Assembly: GCA_033764015.1 (NCBI GenBank)
Contig: JANRJK010000013.1
Span: forward strand, 96,001-160,000
Reading direction: 5' to 3'
Origin: Candidatus Sumerlaeia bacterium
GTDB taxonomy: Bacteria > Sumerlaeota > Sumerlaeia > SLMS01 > JANRJK01
Length of the DNA: 64,000 nucleotides
The notes under the pieces were generated by a model. The model saw only the letters and a program-made list of their open reading frames with translations. It searched no databases and had not been told where the DNA came from. The number at the start of each line of letters is the position of its first letter. Position 1 is the stretch's first letter. A program made the translations under genes and the position numbers. Below are positions 9,208 to 17,791 of this stretch, in pieces.

Positions 9208-10235
9208 GCGGGCACCCCCTGGGCCGCGTATGCCATCGCCGCGAGCGGCACGCCCCGGCGGCGGGCGAGCGATGCGTCCCGCGACTCCGCCCCGGCGGGG
9301 GAGAGCCGCACGCGCAGCGCGTCCGGCGGCAGCGCGCCGGGGAACAGGTCCGCCCACTCGACCACGACGAGCGCGTTCCCGCGCGCGTCGAAGCCCGCGC
9401 TCTCCAGCTCGTCCTCCGAGCCGAGGCGGTAGAAGTCCCAATGGGCGATCTCGAGGCCCGGGGCTCGGTACTCGCGGCACAGCGTATAGGTGGGGCTGGG
9501 GATCGGGCCTTCCACCCCGAGCGCGTGGAGGAGCGCGCGGGCGAACTCGGACTTTCCCGCGCCGAGCGGGCCCTCGAGCGCGACCACGCCGCCGCGGCGC
9601 ACCGCGGGCGCGAGCGCCGCCGCCAGCGCCCGGGTCGCCTTGACCGAGTCGAGGCGGAGATTGAGGGATTCCGGAACCGGGCCGACCCGTGCGGGGAAGC
9701 TGCCGGCGGGGGGCAGCCGCCGAAGCGTCGGCTCGATCGCGCGGCCAGCCTCCGACGGCTCCGGAGCGGAAAGGCGCGAGCAGCCCGCCAGAGCGAGGAC
9801 CTCCCCCAGCGGCGCGTAGACGAATGGCCGGTCCGCGATGTGCGGATGCGGCAGCCGCAGCTCGTCCGCGGCGGACTCCGCCCCTTCGTAGAGCAGCAGG
9901 TCGAGATCGATCACGCGCGGGCCCCAGCGGCGCACCGGGCGCTTGCCCATGCGCGCTTCGACCGCCTGCGCGGCGACGAGGAGCCGCCCGGGCGGGAGCT
10001 GCGTCTCCCCCAGCAGCACGGCGTTGCGGAACTCGCCCTGGTCCGGATCGCCCCAAGGCGGCGAGGCGTAGAGCGAGGAGAGTGCGAGGGGACTTACCCC
10101 GGCCATGCCCACCAGCAGCTCGACCGCGGTGGCCAGCTCCATCTCCGCATCGCCCAGATTGCCGCCGATACCGATGGCGACGACGCGGGGCGCGTCCGGC
10201 GGGGCGTTCGCGGTCGTGGGAGGTCCGGAGGTCAT
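9204..10235 (-). CDS. folK-tsaE: Fusion of 2-amino-4-hydroxy-6-hydroxymethyldihydropteridine diphosphokinase (FolK) and tRNA t6A ATPase (TsaE)
   Basis: N-half has IGIGGNLGD, QGEFRNAV, RWGPRVIDLDLL and LPHPHI..RPFV; C-half has LEGPLGAGKS, IPSPTYTL, HWDFYRL and VVEWAD; no stop between them. Confidence 0.88.
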   Translation of the reverse strand: MTSGPPTTANAPPDAPRVVAIGIGGNLGDAEMELATAVELLVGMAGVSPLALSSLYASPPWGDPDQGEFRNAVLLGETQLPPGRLLVAAQAVEARMGKRPVRRWGPRVIDLDLLLYEGAESAADELRLPHPHIADRPFVYAPLGEVLALAGCSRLSAPEPSEAGRAIEPTLRRLPPAGSFPARVGPVPESLNLRLDSVKATRALAAALAPAVRRGGVVALEGPLGAGKSEFARALLHALGVEGPIPSPTYTLCREYRAPGLEIAHWDFYRLGSEDELESAGFDARGNALVVVEWADLFPGALPPDALRVRLSPAGAESRDASLARRRGVPLAAMAYAAQGVPA

Positions 10236-10406
10236 CGTGCGCCGCCCCTCCTCGCGGAAGCGGAGCGGGATTGTGGCGCGCGCCGGTGGGCGCGAGTGAA
10301 GAGGAACCTCGCGCGACCGCTTTCGCTTGGCCCACCGGTGCCTGCGGCCACTTGCTTCGGAATGCGGTTCCGAACCGCTCCAAACATGCAGCTAAAGGGG
10401 TTGACC

Positions 10407-13007
10407 ATGGGCCTTCGCCGCCGTCTCCGCCATTCCACCCGGTATCCGCTCGCCGCGCTCGCCTTCGGCGCGACGCTCGCCGCGAGCGGCTGCGCGACCC
10501 TCCGCGGCGGCGAGGGATCCAGCGGAGTGCCCGACGGCAAGGTGCGGGTCCACTACTTCCGCTACGACGGGCAGCAGGACGCCGCGACCCTGTGGACGTG
10601 GGACCTCCGCGGCGGCAAGGCGCCCGAGCCCGGCGAGGTCGAGCCCACCGGCACCGACGACTTCGGCGTCTACTTCGACCTGGACCTCTCCGCCTACGGA
10701 CCCGACGACGGCCCGGGCGAGCGCATCGGCTTCCTCCCCCGGCTCAACAAGGACTGGAACCTGCGCGACGGCAGCGACCGCGAGTGGAACACGCGCATGC
10801 CGCGCTCCATCTGGCTCATCGGCAACGATCCGAAGCTGTACACGGAACGCCCCGAAACCTCGCCGGTGGTTTTCTCGGCGAACGTCGATTCCCCTCGCGA
10901 GCTGACGCTCAAGCTCTCGCACCCGGTCGCCGCCTACCTGATCTCGCCGGAGCGCGTCACCGTGCGCGAGGCCGGCGGGCGGCGCGTTCCCGTCGCCTCC
11001 GTGACCCCCACGGACGAGGGCGCCTCGCACACCAGCTTCCTCAAGGTCGCCACCTCGCAGGACCTCGACTTGGACGGCGACGCCTACACGGTTTCTCTCG
11101 AAGGCTACCGGAGCACCGAAACGACGCTCCGGAACGTGATGTTCGACGCCTCGCTCTTCGGCACCGACGAACCCATGGGCGCCCTGTACACGCCGGAGGC
11201 GACCACGTTCCGCTTCTTCTCGCCGCAGGCCGTCGACGCGGATGTGGTGCTCTACGACGACCGCGACATGACGCGGGGCCGCCGCGTGGTACAGATGGCG
11301 AACCTCGGGCGCGGCGTCTGGGAAGCGACGGTCCGCGGCGACCTCGAAGGGAAGCACTACCGGCTTTCCGTCGAAACCACGCGCTACGGCCGCCGCGAGT
11401 TCATCGACCCCATGGCCACCAACACCACCGGCGACGGGTCCGCCGCGCGCATCACCGACCTGCGCGCCACCGACCCGCCGGGCTTCCGCCCGATCCAACG
11501 CCCCGACTTCGGCTCCTCGCCGGTCGACGCGGTGATCTACCAACTCCATGTCCGCGACTTCACCGTCAGCCCGACCTCCGGAGTGCCGGAGGAAATCGCC
11601 GGCAAGTACACCGGCTTCGTCCACCCCGGCGCCACGCTCCCCGGCAACCCGCTCATCAAGACGGGCCTCGACCACCTCGTCGAGCTCGGCGTCACGCACG
11701 TCCAGTTCATGCCGTTCCAGGACTTCGACAACGACGAGGACAACCCCGACTACAGCTGGGGCTACATGACGTCCTTCTTCGAGTCGCCGGATGGCTGGTT
11801 CGCGACCGAGTTCCGCGACGAGACGAAGCTCCGCGAAACGAAGGAGATGATCCACGGCCTCAAGGAGCGGAACATCGGCGCGATCCTCGACGTGGTCTAC
11901 AACCACACGGGCACGCAGGCCACGTTCGAATTGGGCGCCCCGGGCTACTACCTCCGCATGCGCGACGACGGCTCCTTCTGGAACGGCTCCGGCACCGGCA
12001 ACGAGTTCCGCAGCGAGTCGCCGATGGCGCGCCGCTACCTCATCGACTCCTGCAAGTACTGGGTGGAGGAGTTCGGCATCGACGGCTTCCGCTTCGACCT
12101 GATGGGGCTGATCGACCTCGAGACGATGACGCAGCTCAAGGAGGAGCTGGAGGCCATCTACCCCGGCATCATCATCTACGGCGAGCCTTGGGCCGCCGGC
12201 CCCTCGGGAATCGAGCAGATCGTCGACAAGAACGTGGTCCGGGGCACCGGCCTCGCCGCCTTCAACGACCACATCCGCGACGCCATCAAGGGGTCGACCA
12301 ACGGCGACGATCCCGCCTACATCCAGACCGGCGCGCGCCGCGACGACGTGGTGCTCGGAATCGCCGGAGCCATCGACGACTGGTCCGCATCGCCCGAGGA
12401 GTCGATCAACTACTGCGCGATCCACGACAACCTCGACCTTTGGGACAAGCTCGAGGTCTCCGCCCCGGGCACCTCCGAGGAGGAGCGCATGCGCATGGTC
12501 AAGCTGGCCGGCGCCATCCTCGGCACGTCGCAGGGCATCATGGTGCTGCACGGCGGCATGGACTTCTGCCGCTACAAGTTCCAGGACCACAACAGCTACG
12601 CCAGCGGCGACCGCATCAACAAGATCGACTGGACGCGCAAGGAGACTTACCTCCCGGTGAACGAGTTCTTCCGCTCGGTCATCGACATCCGCCGCAGCCA
12701 CCCGATGTTCCGCCTTCGCACCGCGGACGACGTCCGCAAGCGCCTGCGCTTCCACCACGAAAACCTCCCGGAGCCCACCGCCATCGTGTACTCCCTCGAT
12801 GGTTCGGACCTCCCGGGCGAGACGTGGCGCCGCGCCGCCGTGTTCCTCAACCCGTCGACGAAGGACGTGACGTTCAAGATCCCCTTCGCCGGCGAGGCGG
12901 ACGCGTTCATCCACGATGGCAAGGCGAGCGCCGGCGAGCCGCTGGCAACCGTCACCGGCACCGTTACGGTCCCCGCGCGGAGCGCGACGCTCCTCGCGCA
13001 GCGCTGA
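10407..13007 (+). CDS. pulA: Type I pullulanase (GH13) lipoprotein with N-terminal CBM41-like and CBM48-like domains
   Basis: AAAGGGG RBS and lipobox LAASGC; VRVHYFRYDG; IYQLHVRDF, LGVTHVQFMP, YSWGY, DVVYNH, GIDGFRFDLMG, YGEPW, HDN and HNSY. Confidence 0.92.
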   Translation: MGLRRRLRHSTRYPLAALAFGATLAASGCATLRGGEGSSGVPDGKVRVHYFRYDGQQDAATLWTWDLRGGKAPEPGEVEPTGTDDFGVYFDLDLSAYGPDDGPGERIGFLPRLNKDWNLRDGSDREWNTRMPRSIWLIGNDPKLYTERPETSPVVFSANVDSPRELTLKLSHPVAAYLISPERVTVREAGGRRVPVASVTPTDEGASHTSFLKVATSQDLDLDGDAYTVSLEGYRSTETTLRNVMFDASLFGTDEPMGALYTPEATTFRFFSPQAVDADVVLYDDRDMTRGRRVVQMANLGRGVWEATVRGDLEGKHYRLSVETTRYGRREFIDPMATNTTGDGSAARITDLRATDPPGFRPIQRPDFGSSPVDAVIYQLHVRDFTVSPTSGVPEEIAGKYTGFVHPGATLPGNPLIKTGLDHLVELGVTHVQFMPFQDFDNDEDNPDYSWGYMTSFFESPDGWFATEFRDETKLRETKEMIHGLKERNIGAILDVVYNHTGTQATFELGAPGYYLRMRDDGSFWNGSGTGNEFRSESPMARRYLIDSCKYWVEEFGIDGFRFDLMGLIDLETMTQLKEELEAIYPGIIIYGEPWAAGPSGIEQIVDKNVVRGTGLAAFNDHIRDAIKGSTNGDDPAYIQTGARRDDVVLGIAGAIDDWSASPEESINYCAIHDNLDLWDKLEVSAPGTSEEERMRMVKLAGAILGTSQGIMVLHGGMDFCRYKFQDHNSYASGDRINKIDWTRKETYLPVNEFFRSVIDIRRSHPMFRLRTADDVRKRLRFHHENLPEPTAIVYSLDGSDLPGETWRRAAVFLNPSTKDVTFKIPFAGEADAFIHDGKASAGEPLATVTGTVTVPARSATLLAQR

Positions 13008-13011
13008 TCCC

Positions 13012-13962
13012 TTAGCCCCGCCGCAGGCGCCCGAGCCCCAGCAGGTAGGCCCGGCGCGCCAGCGGCGCGGGCAGCAGCGACATCGCCGCGAAGTAGAGGT
13101 CCCGCGCGGTGGGCGGCCACTTCCCGGCCGCGCCCAGGAAGCCTTCGCGCCAACCCGGCGAGCCCCGGAACAGCAGATGGACCGCGTGCTTGGACCGGTG
13201 CAGCAGCTCGGCGTTGCGGCAAAGGCGCGCCGCCGCACCAAGCCTCCGCCACTTCTCCACCACCGCGAGCTGGCGCCCCAACTCCCGGTCGCCCGCCTTG
13301 CTGATGCCCCCGGGGTGCAGGCGGTAACCGCCGAGCACCTTCGGCACGTACACCGGCTCCTCGACCAGTGCCAGCCGCAGGCAGAGGTCCAGGTCCTCCA
13401 CAAGCTCGCCCTCGTCGAAAGCGCGCGACAGGTCCCCGGCGGGGGAGACCTCGGCGAGCAGGTCCCGACGGACCACCGTGGTGAGGATAGGGATGCCTTC
13501 GACCCCGAGCAGGCGCGGAGCGAGCGGCGCCGGTGGCCTCCAGCCGCGAGGGAACCACACGCCACCAACGAGTTCCCCGTCGTCGCCCAGCACGCGCACG
13601 TTGGCGAAGCCCCACCGCTTAGCGCTCCGGTCGAGGGCCTTGAGCATCGTGGAGAGGTGGCCGGGCGCCCAGAGGTCGTCCGCGTCCTGCCAGGCGATCC
13701 AGCGCCCGCGCGCGTGCGCGAGCGCCCGGTTGCGGCCGACCGCCGGCCTACCGGCGTGCTCCCCCGCGACCACGGAGATCCTCGGGTCCGCCCCCGCGGC
13801 GGCGCGGAGCAGCTCGAGCGTGCCATCCGACGAGCCGTCGTCGGCGACGATCCACTCCCAGTCGCCGAGCGTCTGCGCCCGCACCGACCGGATCGTGGCC
13901 GGCAGGAAGCGCTCCGCGTTGTAGGCGGGCGTGATGATCGAAACAAGCGGGGCGGCGTTCAT
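13012..13962 (-). CDS. Glycosyltransferase family 2
   Basis: VSIITPAYN, DDGSSDGT, GRN, QDADDLW and EDLDL motifs. Confidence 0.92.
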   Translation of the reverse strand: MNAAPLVSIITPAYNAERFLPATIRSVRAQTLGDWEWIVADDGSSDGTLELLRAAAGADPRISVVAGEHAGRPAVGRNRALAHARGRWIAWQDADDLWAPGHLSTMLKALDRSAKRWGFANVRVLGDDGELVGGVWFPRGWRPPAPLAPRLLGVEGIPILTTVVRRDLLAEVSPAGDLSRAFDEGELVEDLDLCLRLALVEEPVYVPKVLGGYRLHPGGISKAGDRELGRQLAVVEKWRRLGAAARLCRNAELLHRSKHAVHLLFRGSPGWREGFLGAAGKWPPTARDLYFAAMSLLPAPLARRAYLLGLGRLRRG

Positions 13963-14081
13963 CGGGGAGCGACCGTGCCCGCTCCGGCCGCGGGGCGAAA
14001 CGCCAAAGCGCGAATCGGCTTGCGGCGACCGGCGCGTCCTTCCACAAGTCCCCCCATCCCATCCCCCGCAGCGAGCCGCCG

Positions 14082-14828
14082 ATGCGCCGTTTCGAGGCCA
14101 ACCTCTACAGCCCCGCCGTCGGGCGCCACCTCCCCGTCATGGTCTACGGCCATTTCGGCGTGCCCATCGTCGTCTTCCCTTCCATGAGCTCCTCGCACCG
14201 CGAGTGGGAGGACCAAGGCATGATCCACGTCCTCCACCGCTGGATCGAGGCCGGCAAGTGCAAGATCTACGTGACGCAGTCGATCGAGTGGGAGGCGTGG
14301 ATGAACTGGAACGCGCCGCCCCAGTGGCGCGCGCACCGGGCTCTGCACTTCTACGACTACATCCTCAACCAGCTCGTCCCCTTCGTGCGGGAGGACTGCC
14401 AAGACCCCGGCGCGCGCCCCACGGCGAGCGGCGTCAGCGTCGGCGCGCTCCACGCCGCGAACTGCGTCCTCAAGTACCCGCAGCTCTTCAGCCGCTGCCT
14501 CGGCTTCAGCGGACGCTACGACCTCGGGCCGTGGTTCGACGGCTTCTACAACGACGACGTCTACCGGCACGATCCCCTCGCCTACGCCCCCAACCTCGAG
14601 GGCGGGCACCTCGACTACCTGCGCCAGAACGCCCACCTCACGCTGGTCGTCGGACAGGGCGACCACGAAGGGAGCTGCCCCGACCAGGCGCGCCGCCTCG
14701 GCCAGGTCCTCACCCAGAAAGGCATCCCGAACTGGACAGACGTTTGGGGACACGACTCCGCCCACCAGTGGAACTGGTGGCAGCGCCAAGCGGTCTACCA
14801 CTTCGAGAAGTGGCTCGGTCCGGCCTGA
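14082..14828 (+). CDS. Putative esterase (alpha/beta hydrolase, COG4947-like)
   Basis: YGHFGVPIVVFPS, GVSVG nucleophile elbow, FSGRYD and WGHDSAHQWNWW. Confidence 0.8.
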   Translation: MRRFEANLYSPAVGRHLPVMVYGHFGVPIVVFPSMSSSHREWEDQGMIHVLHRWIEAGKCKIYVTQSIEWEAWMNWNAPPQWRAHRALHFYDYILNQLVPFVREDCQDPGARPTASGVSVGALHAANCVLKYPQLFSRCLGFSGRYDLGPWFDGFYNDDVYRHDPLAYAPNLEGGHLDYLRQNAHLTLVVGQGDHEGSCPDQARRLGQVLTQKGIPNWTDVWGHDSAHQWNWWQRQAVYHFEKWLGPA

Positions 14829-14896
14829 GGATTCTGCCGTTCGGCTTGAGTACTGGCGCGCGCCATGCGTAAGGTACGGGCAAGGAGAACGCCCCC

Positions 14897-15400
14897 ATGA
14901 ACAAGTCCCGCTGGATTCTCGTCGCCCTGATCCTCCCGATCCTGTTGGCGACGTTCGCCCTGAACGCCCAGAGCCGCACCGACGTGCCGGCCGGGCTGAA
15001 GCTCGCCAACCTCAAGGCCCTCGATCTGGAAGGCAACGAAGTCGCCCTGTCCAAGTACCAAGGCAAGGTCGTGCTGCTCGACGTCTGGGCCACCTGGTGC
15101 GGCCCCTGCGTGAAGCAGCGCCCCATCCTCAAGCAGCTCGCCGAGAAGCATGGCGAGAAGCTGGTGATCCTTCCCGTTTCCGTGGACGACGACCCGAAGA
15201 CGGTGAAGGCGTTCATCGAGAAGCACGGCGGCAAGGCGACCGAACTGTACTACACCGAGCAGCTTATCAAGGACATCGGCGGCGCGAACTCGATCCCGAC
15301 CTTCGTCGTGTTCGACAAGGCGGGCGACGCGAAGGCCAAAATGGTCGGCGGCCGCTCCCTCGAAGCGTGGGAAGAACTCCTGAAGGACCATCTGGGGTAA
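14897..15400 (+). CDS. TlpA-family thiol:disulfide oxidoreductase
   Basis: AAGGAG RBS, signal peptide, GKVVLLDVWATWCGPC and cis-Pro IPT. Confidence 0.92.
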   Translation: MNKSRWILVALILPILLATFALNAQSRTDVPAGLKLANLKALDLEGNEVALSKYQGKVVLLDVWATWCGPCVKQRPILKQLAEKHGEKLVILPVSVDDDPKTVKAFIEKHGGKATELYYTEQLIKDIGGANSIPTFVVFDKAGDAKAKMVGGRSLEAWEELLKDHLG

Positions 15401-15424
15401 CCGCGTCCGATACAGCTTTGTCCA

Positions 15425-15461
15425 CGGGCCGGGGCGGAATCGCTCCGGCCCGGCGCTTTTT
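15425..15461 (+). terminator. Probable intrinsic terminator after the TlpA gene
   Basis: CGGGCCGGGGCG-GAAT-CGCTCCGGCCCG hairpin followed closely by TTTTT. Confidence 0.6.
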
Positions 15462-15551
15462 CCGGCTCCGGCGCTTGCCCCCCGTCCCGGGCCCTATAGT
15501 CAATCCACCTGAAGCCATCATGCGGCATCACCGCCGCAGGAGCGACACCCC

Positions 15552-15920
15552 GTGGAGCTGTCCCGCGTCCACCGCGACTGGTACAACCAAGAGCTCGCCC
15601 GCGTCGCGCTGCCGGGCGACCTCGAGCGCGTGCTCGACGCCTACGACGAGGCCCCCGAGCCGATCGCCGTGGATGATTCGCCGCTCCTCAAGCAACTCCT
15701 CTTCCACGTGCGCATCCTCGCCGAAATCTTGGATTCCGCGGACCTCCTGACCGACGACGAGCAGCGCGCCGCGGTCGCGGGACTTCGCTACTACCTGCAC
15801 CTTTCCGACGAGATTCCCGACTTCTCGGGGCGCCATGGGCTTGCGGATGACGCGCTCGTGGTGCAGTGTGCGGTGCACCGACTGGAACCGACGCTCCGGC
15901 GCCTCGGTTATCTCGCCTAG
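15552..15920 (+). CDS. YkvA/DUF1232-like protein
   Basis: AGGAG RBS with GTG start; YYL..SDEIPDFSG.HGLADDALVV matches the DUF1232 Y..D.IPD..G..DD pattern. Confidence 0.65.
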   Translation: MELSRVHRDWYNQELARVALPGDLERVLDAYDEAPEPIAVDDSPLLKQLLFHVRILAEILDSADLLTDDEQRAAVAGLRYYLHLSDEIPDFSGRHGLADDALVVQCAVHRLEPTLRRLGYLA

Positions 15921-15934
15921 GGAAGGGGCGCGCC

Positions 15935-16306
15935 GTGCACCGTTCCACCGAACTGCACAGACAACTGCTCCGCGAGGAGATGGCCCGCGTCCGGCTGCCC
16001 CAAGACGCGCACACCTGCCTGGCCCGGTACCGCGCCGAGCGCTCGAAGTGGGCGTGCGGCGACCGCGCGCTCATCGCGGAGATGCTCCGCCGCGGCGACC
16101 GCATCGAACGCCTTATGGGGCGCGCCGGGGAGCTGACGGAAGAGGAGCTGCGCACCGCAGCCGCCGCCTTCCACTACCTCCTCAAGGACGACGACCACAT
16201 CGACGACGATGTGCACGGAGCCGTGGGGCAGGTGGACGACGCGCTGGTGATGGCGGCCGCGGACGAGGCGCTTGAGGGGGCCTTCGCCCGCCTCGGCATC
16301 GAATAG
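15935..16306 (+). CDS. YkvA/DUF1232-like protein (paralogue)
   Basis: GAAGGGG RBS with GTG start; HYLLKDDDHIDDD..GAVGQVDDALVM. Confidence 0.6.
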   Translation: MHRSTELHRQLLREEMARVRLPQDAHTCLARYRAERSKWACGDRALIAEMLRRGDRIERLMGRAGELTEEELRTAAAAFHYLLKDDDHIDDDVHGAVGQVDDALVMAAADEALEGAFARLGIE

Positions 16307-16307
16307 C

Positions 16308-17174
16308 CTAGACCGACTCCTCCACCGGGAGCTGCGACCGCTTCTTCGCAGCCCAGGCGAGGCTCGCCAGGAAGATCCCGAACGCGAGCACCACGATCGT
16401 CGAACCCGCAGGCGCGTCCAGGCGGTCCGCCAGGAGCATGCCCCCGGTGATCGAGAGGGCGCTCAGCACGCAACCGGCCAGCAGCATGGTCCGAAGCGTC
16501 GCGGAGATGTTGCGCGCCGCCGCCGCCGGAATCACGAGCAGCGCGGTGATCAGGATGGCGCCCATCATCCGCACGCCCACCGCGACCGACATCGTCAGCA
16601 GCAGCAGGAACAGCAGCGAGAGCCGCCGCGTGGGCACCCCGACCGCCTCCGCGTACTCCGGGTGCAGCGTCATCAGCGTCAGTTGGTGCCGGTGCTTCGC
16701 GAGGAACAGCGCCACGAGCGCGAGAAGGGCCGCCAGCGAGGCGATCTCCTCCATCTGCACGAAGAGGATGCTGCCGAAGAGCACCTCCACCATGGTGATG
16801 CTGCTGTTCTGCGACGCGAGCGACGAGATCAGCAGGTTCCCCATCGCGATCGTGCTCGAATAGATGATCGCGATGCTCGTGTCGGTGCGGAGCGCGCCCC
16901 GGGTCTCCAGCATGTGGATCGCCACGGCGCACAGCAGCGAGAACCCCACCAGCGTCGCGAGGAACAGCCCCGTGTCGTCCTGTGGCGAAAGGCCGAGGAG
17001 GAGCCCCACCGCGACGCCGGCGATCGTCGAGTGCCCGATCGCCTCGCCGAAGAAGGACAGCCCGCGGAGCACCACGAAGCAGCCGAGCAGCGCGGTCAGC
17101 GGCGCGAGCAGCAGTCCCGCCGCGAGCGCGCGGCGCATGAACTCCGGTTCGAAGATCGCGAAGAGCTCCGCCAT
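16308..17174 (-). CDS. Metal (Zn/Mn) ABC transporter permease, ZnuB family
   Basis: FMRRAL, LGCFVVLRGLSFFGEAIGH, LFGSIL and GAILITALLVIPAAAA. Confidence 0.9.
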   Translation of the reverse strand: MAELFAIFEPEFMRRALAAGLLLAPLTALLGCFVVLRGLSFFGEAIGHSTIAGVAVGLLLGLSPQDDTGLFLATLVGFSLLCAVAIHMLETRGALRTDTSIAIIYSSTIAMGNLLISSLASQNSSITMVEVLFGSILFVQMEEIASLAALLALVALFLAKHRHQLTLMTLHPEYAEAVGVPTRRLSLLFLLLLTMSVAVGVRMMGAILITALLVIPAAAARNISATLRTMLLAGCVLSALSITGGMLLADRLDAPAGSTIVVLAFGIFLASLAWAAKKRSQLPVEESV

Positions 17175-17183
17175 GGCGCGCGC

Positions 17184-17696
17184 TCAGCCCTTCCCGCGCC
17201 CGCGCTTGGCCCGCGCGGGGACGGGCCGGCGCCAATGCGAGCGCTCCCGGGCGGTCTGCGGAGGCACCGGCATCGGCCCGCGGGCGTCCGCCTCCCGGCC
17301 CCGCTTCGACTCCGCCGCCCGCTCGACCATCAGCCTTTCGAAGTCCTCAAGGTGCTCCATGGTGATCCGCTGCTTCTCCGTCAATGCGTCCAGCGCCATG
17401 ATCCGCATATCCCGCAGCGCCACCAGCAATATCCACCCCGCGACGAGGATGCATACGCCGTAATAGCCGAGCAGCGCGCCGTGGTCCCCCATCGCCTTCT
17501 TCTCCGCCAGGCCCATGAAGGCGAGCAGCAGCGTGAGCGCCGCGACGAGGAAGAGCCCGAGCGTCCGGCGGCGGAACCGAAGGAAGTGCTTGGGCGCGAG
17601 GTCGCCTCGCCGCCGGGCCAGGCTGAACTCGAGCGACTCGTGGCCGAACGCGACCAGCAGGGCGGCGATGACAGCGATGGAGAGGACAATGGCCAC
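17184..17696 (-). CDS. Hypothetical membrane protein (3 TM segments)
   Basis: Hydrophobic segments and operon-like spacing to the permease. Confidence 0.6.
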   Translation of the reverse strand: MAIVLSIAVIAALLVAFGHESLEFSLARRRGDLAPKHFLRFRRRTLGLFLVAALTLLLAFMGLAEKKAMGDHGALLGYYGVCILVAGWILLVALRDMRIMALDALTEKQRITMEHLEDFERLMVERAAESKRGREADARGPMPVPPQTARERSHWRRPVPARAKRGRGKG

Positions 17697-17722
17697 GGGT
17701 TGGTTCCTGCCGTTGGAAACGA

Positions 17723-17756
17723 AAGGCGCCGCGCGGAGCGGGCCGCGCGGCGCCTT
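17723..17756 (-). terminator. Probable terminator after aspA
   Basis: 14-bp perfect stem AAGGCGCCGCGCGG/CCGCGCGGCGCCTT followed by a T-rich stretch on the minus strand. Confidence 0.65.
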
Positions 17757-17791
17757 CGATCACCGCACGCGGGCGCGCGGCCCGCAACCGG

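Noticed and set aside
9640..9652. TTGACCGAGTCGA as a sixth palindrome copy
   Set aside because: It has one mismatch, a different core and only common codons (L-D-S-V-K on the minus strand), so it is probably chance.
9689..13946. Very long alternative-frame and antisense ORFs (1108 aa and 1184 aa), and many similar ones across the window
   Set aside because: They are Arg/Pro/Ala-rich shadows of real genes caused by stop-codon scarcity at high GC, and they carry no family motifs.
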